NCBI GenBank assembly: GCA_051117635.1
Contig: JBNPEH010000005.1
Span: 42,389-106,388 of the forward strand
DNA: 64,000 bases
Reading direction: 5' to 3'
Origin: Opitutales bacterium
GTDB taxonomy: Bacteria > Verrucomicrobiota > Verrucomicrobiia > Opitutales > JABSRG01
Numbering within the stretch: position 1 is the first letter of the stretch; each line of letters begins with the position of its first letter. Shown piece after piece: positions 1 through 8,490 of the stretch. The translations under genes were made by a program, and so were the position numbers. The notes below the pieces were generated by a model. That model saw only the letters and a list, made by a program, of their open reading frames with translations, did not search any database and was not told where the DNA came from.

Positions 1-719
1 AGCTCAATCCGGTCGGCCACCGTGGAAGCGAAATTCTCCAGCTCGGTGATCGCGACCTTCGACAGCGTCAGCAGATAGTTGTAGCCGAAGACGGAGGGGA
101 TGGCGACCAGCAGCCCGGCCACCGTCGTCAGCAGTGCCCCCGAGACCCCTGGTGCCAGATTCTGCAGCGAGGCGGTGTTCTGGACGGCCACCGAGCCGAA
201 GGCATCCATCACCCCCCAGACGGTGCCAAGCAGCCCCAGAAACGGCGCGCCGGTCACGATGCTGCCCAACATCACCATCTTGGATTCGTAGCGAATGGTC
301 TGTTCGGCGACGGCCCGTTGCAGGGCATTCTCCACATGGCCCATCCGAAGCGAGAGCTTGTGCGGATCCCCGCCGGTCGGTTCGCCGCCGTAGCGGTAGA
401 AGGCCTCGAGCGCCTCGCGCACCAGGTTGGCGTAGGGCCCCCGGCCGATGCCCCGGTCGGTGGTATCCAGGCTGAGCAGCTGATCGATTTTCCCGATCTT
501 GCGCTCAAAATTCAGGTTGAGGCTGCGCAGGCGCGACAGATCAAGGTACTTGCCGATCATTACCGTCCAGGCCACCATGCTGAAGAGGATCAGAAAGATG
601 ATGATGACCTTGCCGGCGACATTGGACTGCGCGAAGTAGGTGAAAATGCCAGGCTCGGAACCCGCCGCCTGGGCGATAGGCGGCAGCCAGATTGGGGATG
701 CGGTCAGGGACGAAAACAT
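1..719 (-). CDS. MotA/TolQ/ExbB-family proton-channel protein (3' end runs off the left window edge)
   Basis: Absent from the ORF track because the frame is open at position 1. My translation of the reverse strand from the ATG (rc of 717-719) gives MFSSLTASPIW...IIIFLILFSMVAWTVMIGKYL...GSIVTGAPFLGLLGTVWGVMDAF...LAPGVSGALLTTVAGLLVAIPSVFGYNYL, the conserved ExbB/TolQ core. Confidence 0.85.
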   Translation of the reverse strand, partial: MFSSLTASPIWLPPIAQAAGSEPGIFTYFAQSNVAGKVIIIFLILFSMVAWTVMIGKYLDLSRLRSLNLNFERKIGKIDQLLSLDTTDRGIGRGPYANLVREALEAFYRYGGEPTGGDPHKLSLRMGHVENALQRAVAEQTIRYESKMVMLGSIVTGAPFLGLLGTVWGVMDAFGSVAVQNTASLQNLAPGVSGALLTTVAGLLVAIPSVFGYNYLLTLSKVAITELENFASTVADRIE

Positions 720-952
720 GGAAGGACGGATCGGGACGAAGACAGGCCCGAGCGGAGCGAACCGGGTCAGCCTGCTACCTGATCACAAGCTTGCCGCCGC
801 CCGGATGCCGGTGGCAATGCCGAATCAGGTGCCGCGCAGCCGTCCGAGCCGTCTCAGGAAAAGCTGGCCCTGCATGGTTTCCTCTCCTTTAGATGCAGCC
901 TTTTCCCGGGGACCATCCCTCGGACCAACCGCCCCCCCATCCCTTTCCTGTT

Positions 953-2065
953 ATGGACAACAAGGCCCTCACCCTGAAGGAACTGCAGAGCAACGCCGGC
1001 CGCCTCAACAACCGCCTGGCAGTCGTCGGCCTGGACGGCTTTGTCGACAAGATCATCCACCCGGTGGACAAACGCCACGGTCCCGGCGATGCCTTCGAAC
1101 GAATCAAGACCATCACGGACTTTGCCGGACGCATCGGCCGGGCCGCCGGCAAGAGCGCCAATATCGAACTGGCACCGGTCCTGGAGAAGCTGGGGGGCAA
1201 CGGCCCTATCATGGCCAACGCGCTGCTCAGCCTGGGTTTGAAGACCCGCTACATCGGCGCCCTCGGCCAACAGGTCATCCATCCCATCTTCGAGGCCTTC
1301 GCCAGGGCCACCGACGCCATCTCGCTCACGGATCCCGGGGTTACGCACGCCTGCGAATTCAACGACGGGAAGATCCTGCTCGGGTCGCTCGCCCCGCTGG
1401 AGAAAGTCACCTACGACCGGATCATCGAAGTGATGGGCGAGGGGCCGTTCCTCGACCTGATGTCGCGGGGCGACCTGATCGCGCTGACCAACTGGACCAT
1501 GCTTCCCTACATGACCGAGCTGTGGAACACCCTGACCGATCAGGTCCTGCCCAACCTGAACCGCCTCGAAGGCCGTCAGTTCTTCTTCGACCTGGCCGAC
1601 CCCGAAAAACGGTCGACCAGCGACCTGCAGGGCGCCCTCCAGGCCATCAAGCGCTTCCAGAGCTTCGGCAATGTCACCCTCGGCCTAAATTTCAAGGAAG
1701 GCCAGCAAGTCGATGCGCTGCTCGGGAACGCCGAATCCGAACCTGAGCCGGACCAGCTCAAGGCCATGGCCACCCGGATCCGGAACGCACTCGGGATCAC
1801 CTGCGTGGTGGTCCACCCCACCCGCTCGGCCGCCTGCGCCACCAAGGAAGACGCCTATTGGGTCGAAGGACCGTTCACGGACAACCCGAAGATCACGACC
1901 GGGGCCGGCGACCACTTCAACGCCGGGTTCTGCACCGGCCGCCTCCTCGGGCTCAGCCCGCTGGCCGCCCTGACCGTCGCCGTGTCCACCTCCGGATCCT
2001 ACGTCCGCACCGGCCAGAGCCCCAACCTGTCCTCCATCCAGTCCTTCATCAGCGGCTGGAAGTGA
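953..2065 (+). CDS. PfkB-family (ribokinase-like) carbohydrate kinase
   Basis: ORF 893..2065. C-terminal PfkB signature TTGAGDHFNAGF. I prefer the ATG at 953 (MDNKALTL...) over the upstream start. Confidence 0.8.
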   Translation: MDNKALTLKELQSNAGRLNNRLAVVGLDGFVDKIIHPVDKRHGPGDAFERIKTITDFAGRIGRAAGKSANIELAPVLEKLGGNGPIMANALLSLGLKTRYIGALGQQVIHPIFEAFARATDAISLTDPGVTHACEFNDGKILLGSLAPLEKVTYDRIIEVMGEGPFLDLMSRGDLIALTNWTMLPYMTELWNTLTDQVLPNLNRLEGRQFFFDLADPEKRSTSDLQGALQAIKRFQSFGNVTLGLNFKEGQQVDALLGNAESEPEPDQLKAMATRIRNALGITCVVVHPTRSAACATKEDAYWVEGPFTDNPKITTGAGDHFNAGFCTGRLLGLSPLAALTVAVSTSGSYVRTGQSPNLSSIQSFISGWK

Positions 2066-2075
2066 GCGTCGGTCC

Positions 2076-2317
2076 TCAGTTGGTCAGTTGACAGATGTCA
2101 GTGGGCCGTGGGTCAGGGCGGAGCGCGCTGCTTCAGCGAGCGACGGTCACCCGAGAGCCGAGGGTTGGCCATCACTCATTGCATCGCTTGCTGAAGCGGC
2201 GCGGTACGCAGGTTCGGCCCAACCCTAAGAACCATTAACCGTGCCGACCGCTGACCAGGCTCCGCCAACCAACCGACGACTGACAACTGACCCACTGACC
2301 CACTGACAACTGACTCA
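2076..2317. repeat. About 240-bp structured intergenic element bounded by inverted arrays of TCAGT(T/G)G / CTGAC octamers
   Basis: Arm 1 (2076-2118) is tcagttggtcagttgacagatgtcagtgggccgtgggtcaggg. Arm 2 (2280-2317) is ctgacaa ctgaccca ctgaccca ctgacaa ctgactca. The rc of arm 2 aligns to arm 1 apart from a 7-nt indel. Inner inverted repeats: gctgcttcagcgagcga (2127-2143) with tcgcttgctgaagcggc (2184-2200). Confidence 0.6.
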
Positions 2318-2367
2318 CGCTTGCCGGTCTCCCTTGCCCGCGGCGGCCGGACCATCATACTGGAGTT

Positions 2368-3030
2368 ATGTCAGAAACCGAGCTCGCACACCCCGGGCGC
2401 CTGATCACTTTCGAGGGATCGGAAGGCAGCGGGAAAACCACTCAAATCGGCCGGCTGGCCACGCTGCTGGAGGACGCCGGTTACGAGGTTGTCGTCACCC
2501 GGGAACCGGGCGGCACCGAACTCGGTGAGCAGATCCGGCACCTGCTCAAGCACACGTTCGGAGGCGCCCCGATGGCCATCGAGACGGAGCTGCTGCTCTT
2601 CGCCGCGGCGCGGGCCCAGCTCGTCCGCGAGTTGATCATTCCCGCCCGCGAGGCCGGCAAGATCATTCTCTGCGACCGGTTCCTCGATTCGACCACCGTC
2701 TATCAGGGAATGGCCCGGAAAATTGCCCAGGACCCCATCCGGTTAATCAACGATTTCGCCGTCGGCTCAATGGAGCCCGACATGACCATCGTCCTCGACG
2801 TGCCGGCCGAGGTCGGCATGAACCGCATCAAGAAACGGGTGACTGACATTCCGGACCGGATGGAGCAGGAGAACATCGGTTTCTACAAGCGCGTCCGCGA
2901 GGGCTACCTCATGCTGGCCAAACAACTGCCCGGGCGTTTCCGCGTCATCGACGGCACCAGGGATGTGATGGAGATCGAGGCCGAGATCTGGGACGAGGTC
3001 AGCCAGCTGCTGCTCAGCGTCGAAGCCTGA
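2368..3030 (+). CDS. tmk: Thymidylate kinase
   Basis: ITFEGSEGSGKTTQ P-loop, TREPGGT and DRF motifs. Size is 220 aa. Conserved tmk-holB adjacency. Confidence 0.95.
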   Translation: MSETELAHPGRLITFEGSEGSGKTTQIGRLATLLEDAGYEVVVTREPGGTELGEQIRHLLKHTFGGAPMAIETELLLFAAARAQLVRELIIPAREAGKIILCDRFLDSTTVYQGMARKIAQDPIRLINDFAVGSMEPDMTIVLDVPAEVGMNRIKKRVTDIPDRMEQENIGFYKRVREGYLMLAKQLPGRFRVIDGTRDVMEIEAEIWDEVSQLLLSVEA

Positions 3031-3067
3031 GGCCGGGGCCCACCTGTTCCGCCGGCCATACGGTATC

Positions 3068-4048
3068 ATGCCTTTGGATACAGAAGCTCAACCCACCGAG
3101 CCGGCCCGCCGTGCCGTAGCCGTGCTGGAACGTGCGGTTTCCCGGGGCCGGCTGGCTCACGCCCTTCTCCTGCAAGGGGAAAACCTGAAGGCGCTGGAAA
3201 CCGTTGCGGCCCGGACCGCGCGCAACCTCCTCGCCCTGACCGCGGGCCGCGATCCCCTGCAGCATCCGGACTGTTTCACGCTGCGCCCGTCCGGCAAAGC
3301 CCGCTTCATCCGGGTGGCGGACAAGGACGGCCACCCCGGCCCCAACACCATGCGTGGCTTCATCCGGGAGATCCAGTTTTCGCCCAACCAGGCAGAGCGG
3401 AAGGTCGGGCTGGTCTTTGAGGCCGACCGCATGAATCCGGCGACTCAGAACGCCTTTCTCAAGACGCTGGAGGAACCGCCAGCCGACACGACTCTGCTGC
3501 TGATCACCACCCGCCCGTTCGATCTCCTGGACACCATCCGCAGCCGGTGCCTCAACGTGCGGCTGCCGGCGGACCTGCAGGCGATCGACGCCGAGGCCTG
3601 GCGGGGCTGGCAAGATGCCTACCGCCAGTGGGTGCACTTTGCCTGTCGGGGTCCGTCCAACCGGGAAGCGGTCGTCCGCGGCATCCTTGGTGCCTACGGC
3701 CTGATCGCCCGCTTCCAGGATTTTCTCAATGCCTTCACCGAGGAGGCCTGGCAGGCCCGGAAGGCGAACCTGCCGGAGAACCTCAGCACGGAGGAGACCG
3801 ACGCCATCGAAGCCGGTCTACGCCGCGGCCTGCGGATCCAACTGCTGAGCGAACTGGAAACGGCCACCCGTGACGCCGCCCTGGCCGATCCCGACGCCCC
3901 GGCGGATCCCTCGAAGATCCGCAAACTCGCCCGCGTCGTGGCCGAGTTGGAGCACGCCCGCGGCCTGCTCGACCTGAACATGCAGGAAGGCACCGCCCTG
4001 GAATGTTTTTTTCTCAAAGCCGTCCGCATCTGGGCAGGCCGGGAGTGA
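3068..4048 (+). CDS. holB: DNA polymerase III delta' subunit
   Basis: AHALLLQG..., NAFLKTLEEPP, TTRPFDLLDTIRSRC motifs. Lies downstream of tmk. Confidence 0.85.
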   Translation: MPLDTEAQPTEPARRAVAVLERAVSRGRLAHALLLQGENLKALETVAARTARNLLALTAGRDPLQHPDCFTLRPSGKARFIRVADKDGHPGPNTMRGFIREIQFSPNQAERKVGLVFEADRMNPATQNAFLKTLEEPPADTTLLLITTRPFDLLDTIRSRCLNVRLPADLQAIDAEAWRGWQDAYRQWVHFACRGPSNREAVVRGILGAYGLIARFQDFLNAFTEEAWQARKANLPENLSTEETDAIEAGLRRGLRIQLLSELETATRDAALADPDAPADPSKIRKLARVVAELEHARGLLDLNMQEGTALECFFLKAVRIWAGRE

Positions 4049-4083
4049 AGCAGTTTAACCAAAGCCATACCCGGCTGGATCTT

Positions 4084-4160
4084 ACCCGGCTGTCTCACCA
4101 GAATCGAACAGGAGTGGTAAATAATTCTGGCCGAGGGACTTGCAGTGAGGCCGCGTACTG
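4084..4160 (+). repeat. Partial copy of the stop-codon-adjacent repeat family (left about 65 nt)
   Basis: acccggctgtctcaccagaatcgaacaggagtggtaaataattctgg...cttgcag aligns with 50243-50305. It fills most of the convergent holB/sulfatase spacer. Confidence 0.6.
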
Positions 4161-5666
4161 TCAGGCTTTTTCCGGCAACCACCAGAGTTGGTCCCAGGTG
4201 GCGTCGGGGCCGAGGGAATCGGGCTGCGGGGCGCCGGAGGTGCTGCGACCGTCCCGGACATAGCGGGCCAGCAGCTGTATCAGCCTTTCCACGACATCCG
4301 GTCGATCGTCGACCCGATTGTGGTGTTCGCGCACATCGATTTTCAGGTCGTAGAGCTGAAAGCGCGGCCGGTCCGCGATGGCGTCCACATCCAGGTAAGG
4401 ACTGGGCCAGCTCCAGCCCCCCGAGCCCGGGCAGCATTCCAGTTTCCAGCGGCCCTGCCGGATGGAAAAGGAGCCGTCGATGCTGTGGTGGACGGTGGCC
4501 TCGCGCAACGGCCCGTCGATGGGTTCACCCCGCAGGATCGGCAGCTGGCTGACCGAGTCCTCGGCCGCGTCGTCCGGCAGTTCGACCCCGAGGATGTCGG
4601 CGCAGGTGGCCATGAAATCGCCGAGGCATAGGGTTTCGCCGGTCACGGAGCCGGCCCGGATGGTGGCGGGCCAGCGCATGAGCAACGGCACCCGGTGTCC
4701 GCCCTCGTAGATGTCCGCTTTGTGCCCGCGAAAGATGTAGCTCGGGTTGTGCCCGTACTGGGCCAGTTGCGGGAAGTCGGCGCGGGGGGAGCAGCCGTTG
4801 TCCGAAGTGAAGATCACCCAGGTGTCATCCACGATACCCCGCTCATCGAGCGCCTTGAGGAGCTGCCCGACGACATCATCCACCTGCAGGCAAAAGTCGC
4901 CGTAGCGCGTAACCGTCCGGTCGCGCCAGCGCCCGGTCGGCAGGATCGGTGTGTGCGGCGCCGGCAGCGGAAAATAGACGAAAAAGGGCTGATCCGCGGA
5001 TTGCTCCCGGATAAAGCGGACCGCTTCGTCCGTGCAGCGCTGCAGGACTTCCTCGTGCACGAAATCGGGGGCAACGGGTCCCGGGCGCCAGACCTGTTTG
5101 CTTTCGCGGAAGCAGATTTTTTCCTCGTCCCTGCCGGGATCCCACCGGTCCGGGATGGCGGTGGGCCGGTCCTGATCGACATAAACATAGGGATCCATGT
5201 CGAGGCTGGCGGGGATACCGAAATAGCGGTCGAAGCCTTTGCTCAACGGCCCGTCCGGGATCGGCTGATCATAAGCCACCCCGTCTTCGAAGGGTGCCTC
5301 GCCCGGCGCCGCTTTCGGCCAGGTCCACCCCAGGTGCCACTTGCCGAAGCAGGCCGTGGCATAGCCCTGGCGGCGCAGCAGCTCGGCCACCGTAAGCCGG
5401 TTCTCCTCAATCAGGGCCCGGGAGTATCCCCACAGCACCCCCTGCTTCAGTGAGGACCGCCAGTTATAACGCCCGGTCAGGATATTGTACCGGGAGGGCG
5501 TGCAGACGGCGCTGCTGCTATGGGCGTCGCGACAGGTCAGGCCCTCGCGCGCCAAACGGTCGAGGTGCGGGGTCTGCCAGGCGGACTGCCCGTTCAGGCA
5601 GGACAGATCGCCGTAACCCATGTCATCGGCCAGGATGTAGATAATGTTGGGAGACTGCCGGGGCAT
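4161..5666 (-). CDS. Cys-type sulfatase (arylsulfatase family), no obvious signal peptide
   Basis: NIIYILADDMGYGDL and the CTPSR formylglycine motif. ATG at 5666 (MPRQSPN). The ORF track starts at a TTG at 5678. Confidence 0.9.
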   Translation of the reverse strand: MPRQSPNIIYILADDMGYGDLSCLNGQSAWQTPHLDRLAREGLTCRDAHSSSAVCTPSRYNILTGRYNWRSSLKQGVLWGYSRALIEENRLTVAELLRRQGYATACFGKWHLGWTWPKAAPGEAPFEDGVAYDQPIPDGPLSKGFDRYFGIPASLDMDPYVYVDQDRPTAIPDRWDPGRDEEKICFRESKQVWRPGPVAPDFVHEEVLQRCTDEAVRFIREQSADQPFFVYFPLPAPHTPILPTGRWRDRTVTRYGDFCLQVDDVVGQLLKALDERGIVDDTWVIFTSDNGCSPRADFPQLAQYGHNPSYIFRGHKADIYEGGHRVPLLMRWPATIRAGSVTGETLCLGDFMATCADILGVELPDDAAEDSVSQLPILRGEPIDGPLREATVHHSIDGSFSIRQGRWKLECCPGSGGWSWPSPYLDVDAIADRPRFQLYDLKIDVREHHNRVDDRPDVVERLIQLLARYVRDGRSTSGAPQPDSLGPDATWDQLWWLPEKA

Positions 5667-5794
5667 GCGGACAGCCAACCGAAGCCGCCGGGAACGGACA
5701 AGCCCGCCGGGGCCTCAACCGTTGATTTTCCTTGGCAGCTCGATCCCGGGAAAAACGCTGCCAGGGCTTTCGCCAGGGCCAACCCCCTCGCCGA

Positions 5795-6256
5795 TCAATG
5801 CCCGTGGTCGCAGTGCTCGTGACGGCAGAGCCGGAAATTGCGCCAATGACCGGCGATCATAGCCAGGCCACCCAACAGGGTAAGCCCGGTCCCCAGAGGC
5901 AGGATACCGTGGTCGTGTCCACCCGCCGCGTGATCGCCCAGACCAAGGATCACCCCGGCGGTCAGCAGGCTGAGACCGACGGCCAGACGCACGAACACTT
6001 GCCAGTCCTTGTGGCGGCGACAACCCACCAGAACAGCCAGAATACTCAGAGGCAGCACCGCCGCCAGCATCCAGGCGTGAAAATGCCCGTCGGACAACAC
6101 GGTGCTTCCGACCACCGGAAAGCCGACGAGCAGCACCGGGGTCAGCAAGCAGTGCACGCTGCAGATCCCGGCCAGCGCCAGTGAACCGAGGTCCAGAACA
6201 AGCTGCAGGCGAGCGGAAAACGGATGAGACTGAGTTTGGGGGGTCGGGCGAGCCAT
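5795..6256 (-). CDS. MerC-like small membrane protein with His/Cys-rich C-terminus (putative metal transporter)
   Basis: SVHCLLTPVLL motif typical of the MerC superfamily, four hydrophobic helices, C-terminal CRHEHCDHGH. ATG at 6256, alternative TTG at 6265. Confidence 0.55.
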   Translation of the reverse strand: MARPTPQTQSHPFSARLQLVLDLGSLALAGICSVHCLLTPVLLVGFPVVGSTVLSDGHFHAWMLAAVLPLSILAVLVGCRRHKDWQVFVRLAVGLSLLTAGVILGLGDHAAGGHDHGILPLGTGLTLLGGLAMIAGHWRNFRLCRHEHCDHGH

Positions 6257-6277
6257 CACCGGCAAACAAACCCCGGA

Positions 6278-6312
6278 CCCCCTCTATTGCAAGGCATTTG
6301 CAATAGGGGGGG
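6278..6312. promoter_or_regulatory. 15-5-15 near-perfect inverted repeat (candidate operator) in the divergent MerC-like/phytoene-synthase region
   Basis: cccccTCTATTGCAA ggcat TTGCAATAggggggg. Arms match 14/15. It lies 22 bp upstream of the MerC-like ATG. Confidence 0.35.
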
Positions 6313-6347
6313 GGTGTCTGACTCCGCGCAGCGCTCTTGAGCTTTCA

Positions 6348-6372
6348 GAATTTTCACATTATTTGAAAATTC
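6348..6372. promoter_or_regulatory. AT-rich 9-7-9 perfect palindrome overlapping the phytoene/squalene synthase start
   Basis: GAATTTTCA cattatt TGAAAATTC. A local AT island in GC-rich DNA. Confidence 0.3.
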
Positions 6373-7361
6373 CCGTGACGCCCGCTCTTGCCCAAAAGCT
6401 ACCCTCCGCCTGGACGCCCCAACAACCGGAAGCGGGGTGGCATCGGCAGGCGCACCTGCAACCCGCCTTCCGGCACTGCCGGTCCGTCACACGGGAGCAT
6501 GCGCGCAGTTTCTATTTTTCGTCCTTCCCGCTACCCCGGTCGAAGAAACTGGCGGCTTTCGCGGTCTATGCCTTCTGCCGGTATATCGACGACATCATCG
6601 ACGAGGGGGAGGCCGGTAAACGGGAACGCCCCAGCCGTGAAATCCTCCGCGAGGAACTGGTCCGGATCGAGGCCGGGACCAGCACCCTGCCCTTCGCACC
6701 GGCGTTTGCGGAGGTAAACCGGCAATTCGGGATCGACCGTCGGTTCTACGAGGACCTGATCGAAGGCTGTTGCCGGGACCGGGAACCAGCCGACATCCAG
6801 ACCTATGAGGAACTGGAACTGTACTGCTACTATGTCGCCTCGGTCGTTGGTCTGATGATGAGCCATATCTTCGGGCTGTCCGACGTCAAAGGCGTCCAGC
6901 AGGCCGTTGAGATGGGGGTCGCCATGCAGTTGACCAACATCCTGCGCGATGTGCGGGAAGATTGGCACATGGGCCGGATCTACCTGCCCGCCGAAGAACG
7001 GGAACGGTTCGGTATTACGGACAAGCATATCGAGGATGGCATCGTGGATGATGCCTGGCGACGCTTTATGGCCTTTCAGGTCGAGCGCACGCGGCGGTTT
7101 TATGCGGCAGGCGCCCGAGGGCTCGCGCTGCTATCCCCGGACGGATCCCGCCAGACCGCCACCCTGATGGCCCGCGTCTATGCTGGGATCCTGGACGAGA
7201 TCGAGAAGCGGGAGTACGATGTCTTTTCCGGGCGGGTATTCGTCCCGACCCGGCGTAAACTCCGCATCGCGCTGAAGACCGGCTTCCGGGGGGTGAGGAA
7301 GCGACGGGCGTTGCCGGCATCGCACGGCCGTTCGGCTAAGACTCCCTATAATCGGCTCTAG
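6363..7361 (+). CDS. Phytoene/squalene synthase family protein
   Basis: FYFSSFPLP, YAFCRYIDDIIDE, YCYYVASVVG, QLTNILRDVREDWHMGRIYLP motifs. No in-frame ATG near the N-terminus, so the start is TTG 6363 or GTG 6375. Confidence 0.85.
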   Translation: MKIPVTPALAQKLPSAWTPQQPEAGWHRQAHLQPAFRHCRSVTREHARSFYFSSFPLPRSKKLAAFAVYAFCRYIDDIIDEGEAGKRERPSREILREELVRIEAGTSTLPFAPAFAEVNRQFGIDRRFYEDLIEGCCRDREPADIQTYEELELYCYYVASVVGLMMSHIFGLSDVKGVQQAVEMGVAMQLTNILRDVREDWHMGRIYLPAEERERFGITDKHIEDGIVDDAWRRFMAFQVERTRRFYAAGARGLALLSPDGSRQTATLMARVYAGILDEIEKREYDVFSGRVFVPTRRKLRIALKTGFRGVRKRRALPASHGRSAKTPYNRL

Positions 7362-7430
7362 CCCGAATTTCTCTCCAGAATCGGGAAAAAGGAAAGCTCA
7401 TCGCATCTGGGCTTCATGAGAAGTCCGGGC
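7361..7430. repeat. 70-bp miniature copy of the repeat family (both ends present, interior deleted)
   Basis: gcccgaatttctc (7361-7373) pairs with gagaagtccgggc (7418-7430). 12 of 13 positions pair, one of them a G-U wobble. It overlaps the TAG of the synthase gene and the last codons and stop of pyrD. Confidence 0.7.
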
Positions 7431-8490
7431 CGGATGCCGTCGGGGCTTTCCGCCGGGCCAATGCATGTGTAATTCCGGTGACCAGACCGGGCCCTTTGAA
7501 GATCAGACCGGTGTAGAGCTGCAAGAGCGTGGCCCCGGCTTCGATTTTTTCGATCGCGGCGTCCGGGCTGTCGATGCCCCCGACCCCGATGATGGGCAGC
7601 TCCCCGGCGGTGCGACGGGCAATGTGCGCGATCACCTCGGTGCTGCGCTCACGAAGGGGAGGTCCACTCAGGCCGCCGGCCTCATCCACCTCGGCGAAGG
7701 CGCCGGGCCTGGCAGTCGTTGTATTGGTGGCAATGATACCGCTGAGCTCGAGTTCGTGCAGCAGGTCCAGGATGGCATCAATCTCCTCGAAGCGGCAGTC
7801 CGGCGCGATCTTCAGCAGGAGGGGAACCGGGGGCACGCCCACCTCGTCGGACCGCTCCCGATCCGCGTCCACCACCGCCTGAAGGAGCGCCCGCAGCGCA
7901 TCGACCTGTTGGAGATCTCGCAGTCCCTGTGTGTTGGGGCTGGATACATTGATCGTGAAATAGTCGGCATAGGGCGCCAGCCGCTGGTAGCCGGCCCGGT
8001 AGTCGTCGGCCGCCCGGTTCAGGGGGGTCACCTTGGCCTTGCCGATGTTGATGCCGATGGGAACGGTCCGCTGCCCCGGGGGGGGCAACCGCTCCAGACG
8101 ACGGGCGATGGCCTCGGTTCCCCTGTTGTTGAACCCCATCCGGTTGATGACCGCCGCATCGTCGGGGTAGCGGAAAAGCCGCGGCCGCGGATTGCCCGGC
8201 TGCCCCCACGGAGTGACCGTGCCCACTTCGACGAAGCCGAAGCCCAGCCCGGCCCAGGCAGGAACAGCGACCGCGTCCTTGTCCATCCCGGCGGCGAGCC
8301 CGAGGCGATTGGGAAACCGCACGCCGAAACAGGTAACCGGATCCGCCTGACGGTTGCGTCGCTCCAGCCAGCGGCAGAGCGGGCTCAATCGGGCCAGCAC
8401 CGCCAGCCCGTCCATGGACAGCAAATGGGCTGTTTCCGGATCCAGGCGGAACAGGAGGGGGCGGAGGCAGGCGGTATACAGGCGGCCCAT
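7414..8490 (-). CDS. pyrD: Dihydroorotate dehydrogenase (quinone), class 2
   Basis: LLFRLDPETAH, GLAAGMDKD, GFVEVGTVTP, NRMGFNN, INIGK, NVSSPNTQGLR motifs. ATG at 8490. The ORF track starts at a TTG at 8529. Confidence 0.92.
   Translation of the reverse strand: MGRLYTACLRPLLFRLDPETAHLLSMDGLAVLARLSPLCRWLERRNRQADPVTCFGVRFPNRLGLAAGMDKDAVAVPAWAGLGFGFVEVGTVTPWGQPGNPRPRLFRYPDDAAVINRMGFNNRGTEAIARRLERLPPPGQRTVPIGINIGKAKVTPLNRAADDYRAGYQRLAPYADYFTINVSSPNTQGLRDLQQVDALRALLQAVVDADRERSDEVGVPPVPLLLKIAPDCRFEEIDAILDLLHELELSGIIATNTTTARPGAFAEVDEAGGLSGPPLRERSTEVIAHIARRTAGELPIIGVGGIDSPDAAIEKIEAGATLLQLYTGLIFKGPGLVTGITHALARRKAPTASGPDFS

Noticed and set aside
2076-2317. Known housekeeping ncRNA (SRP RNA, 6S RNA, tmRNA, RNase P RNA) in the pfkB-tmk spacer
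   Set aside because: None of the conserved cores I remember (the SRP domain IV GGAA/AGCA motifs, the tmRNA tag and tRNA-like end, the RNase P P4 motifs) are present. It is kept as an uncharacterised structured repeat instead.
4161-5666. Sulfatase without a signal peptide as an anomaly
   Set aside because: Cytoplasmic-looking sulfatases are common in sulfatase-rich lineages, and start-codon uncertainty (TTG 5678 versus ATG 5666) does not add a signal peptide. It is not distinctive enough to report.
5700-5794. Hairpin ccttggcagc...gctgccaggg as a terminator between the MerC-like and sulfatase genes
   Set aside because: The stem is imperfect and has no U-tract on either strand. It cannot be distinguished from chance GC-rich self-complementarity.
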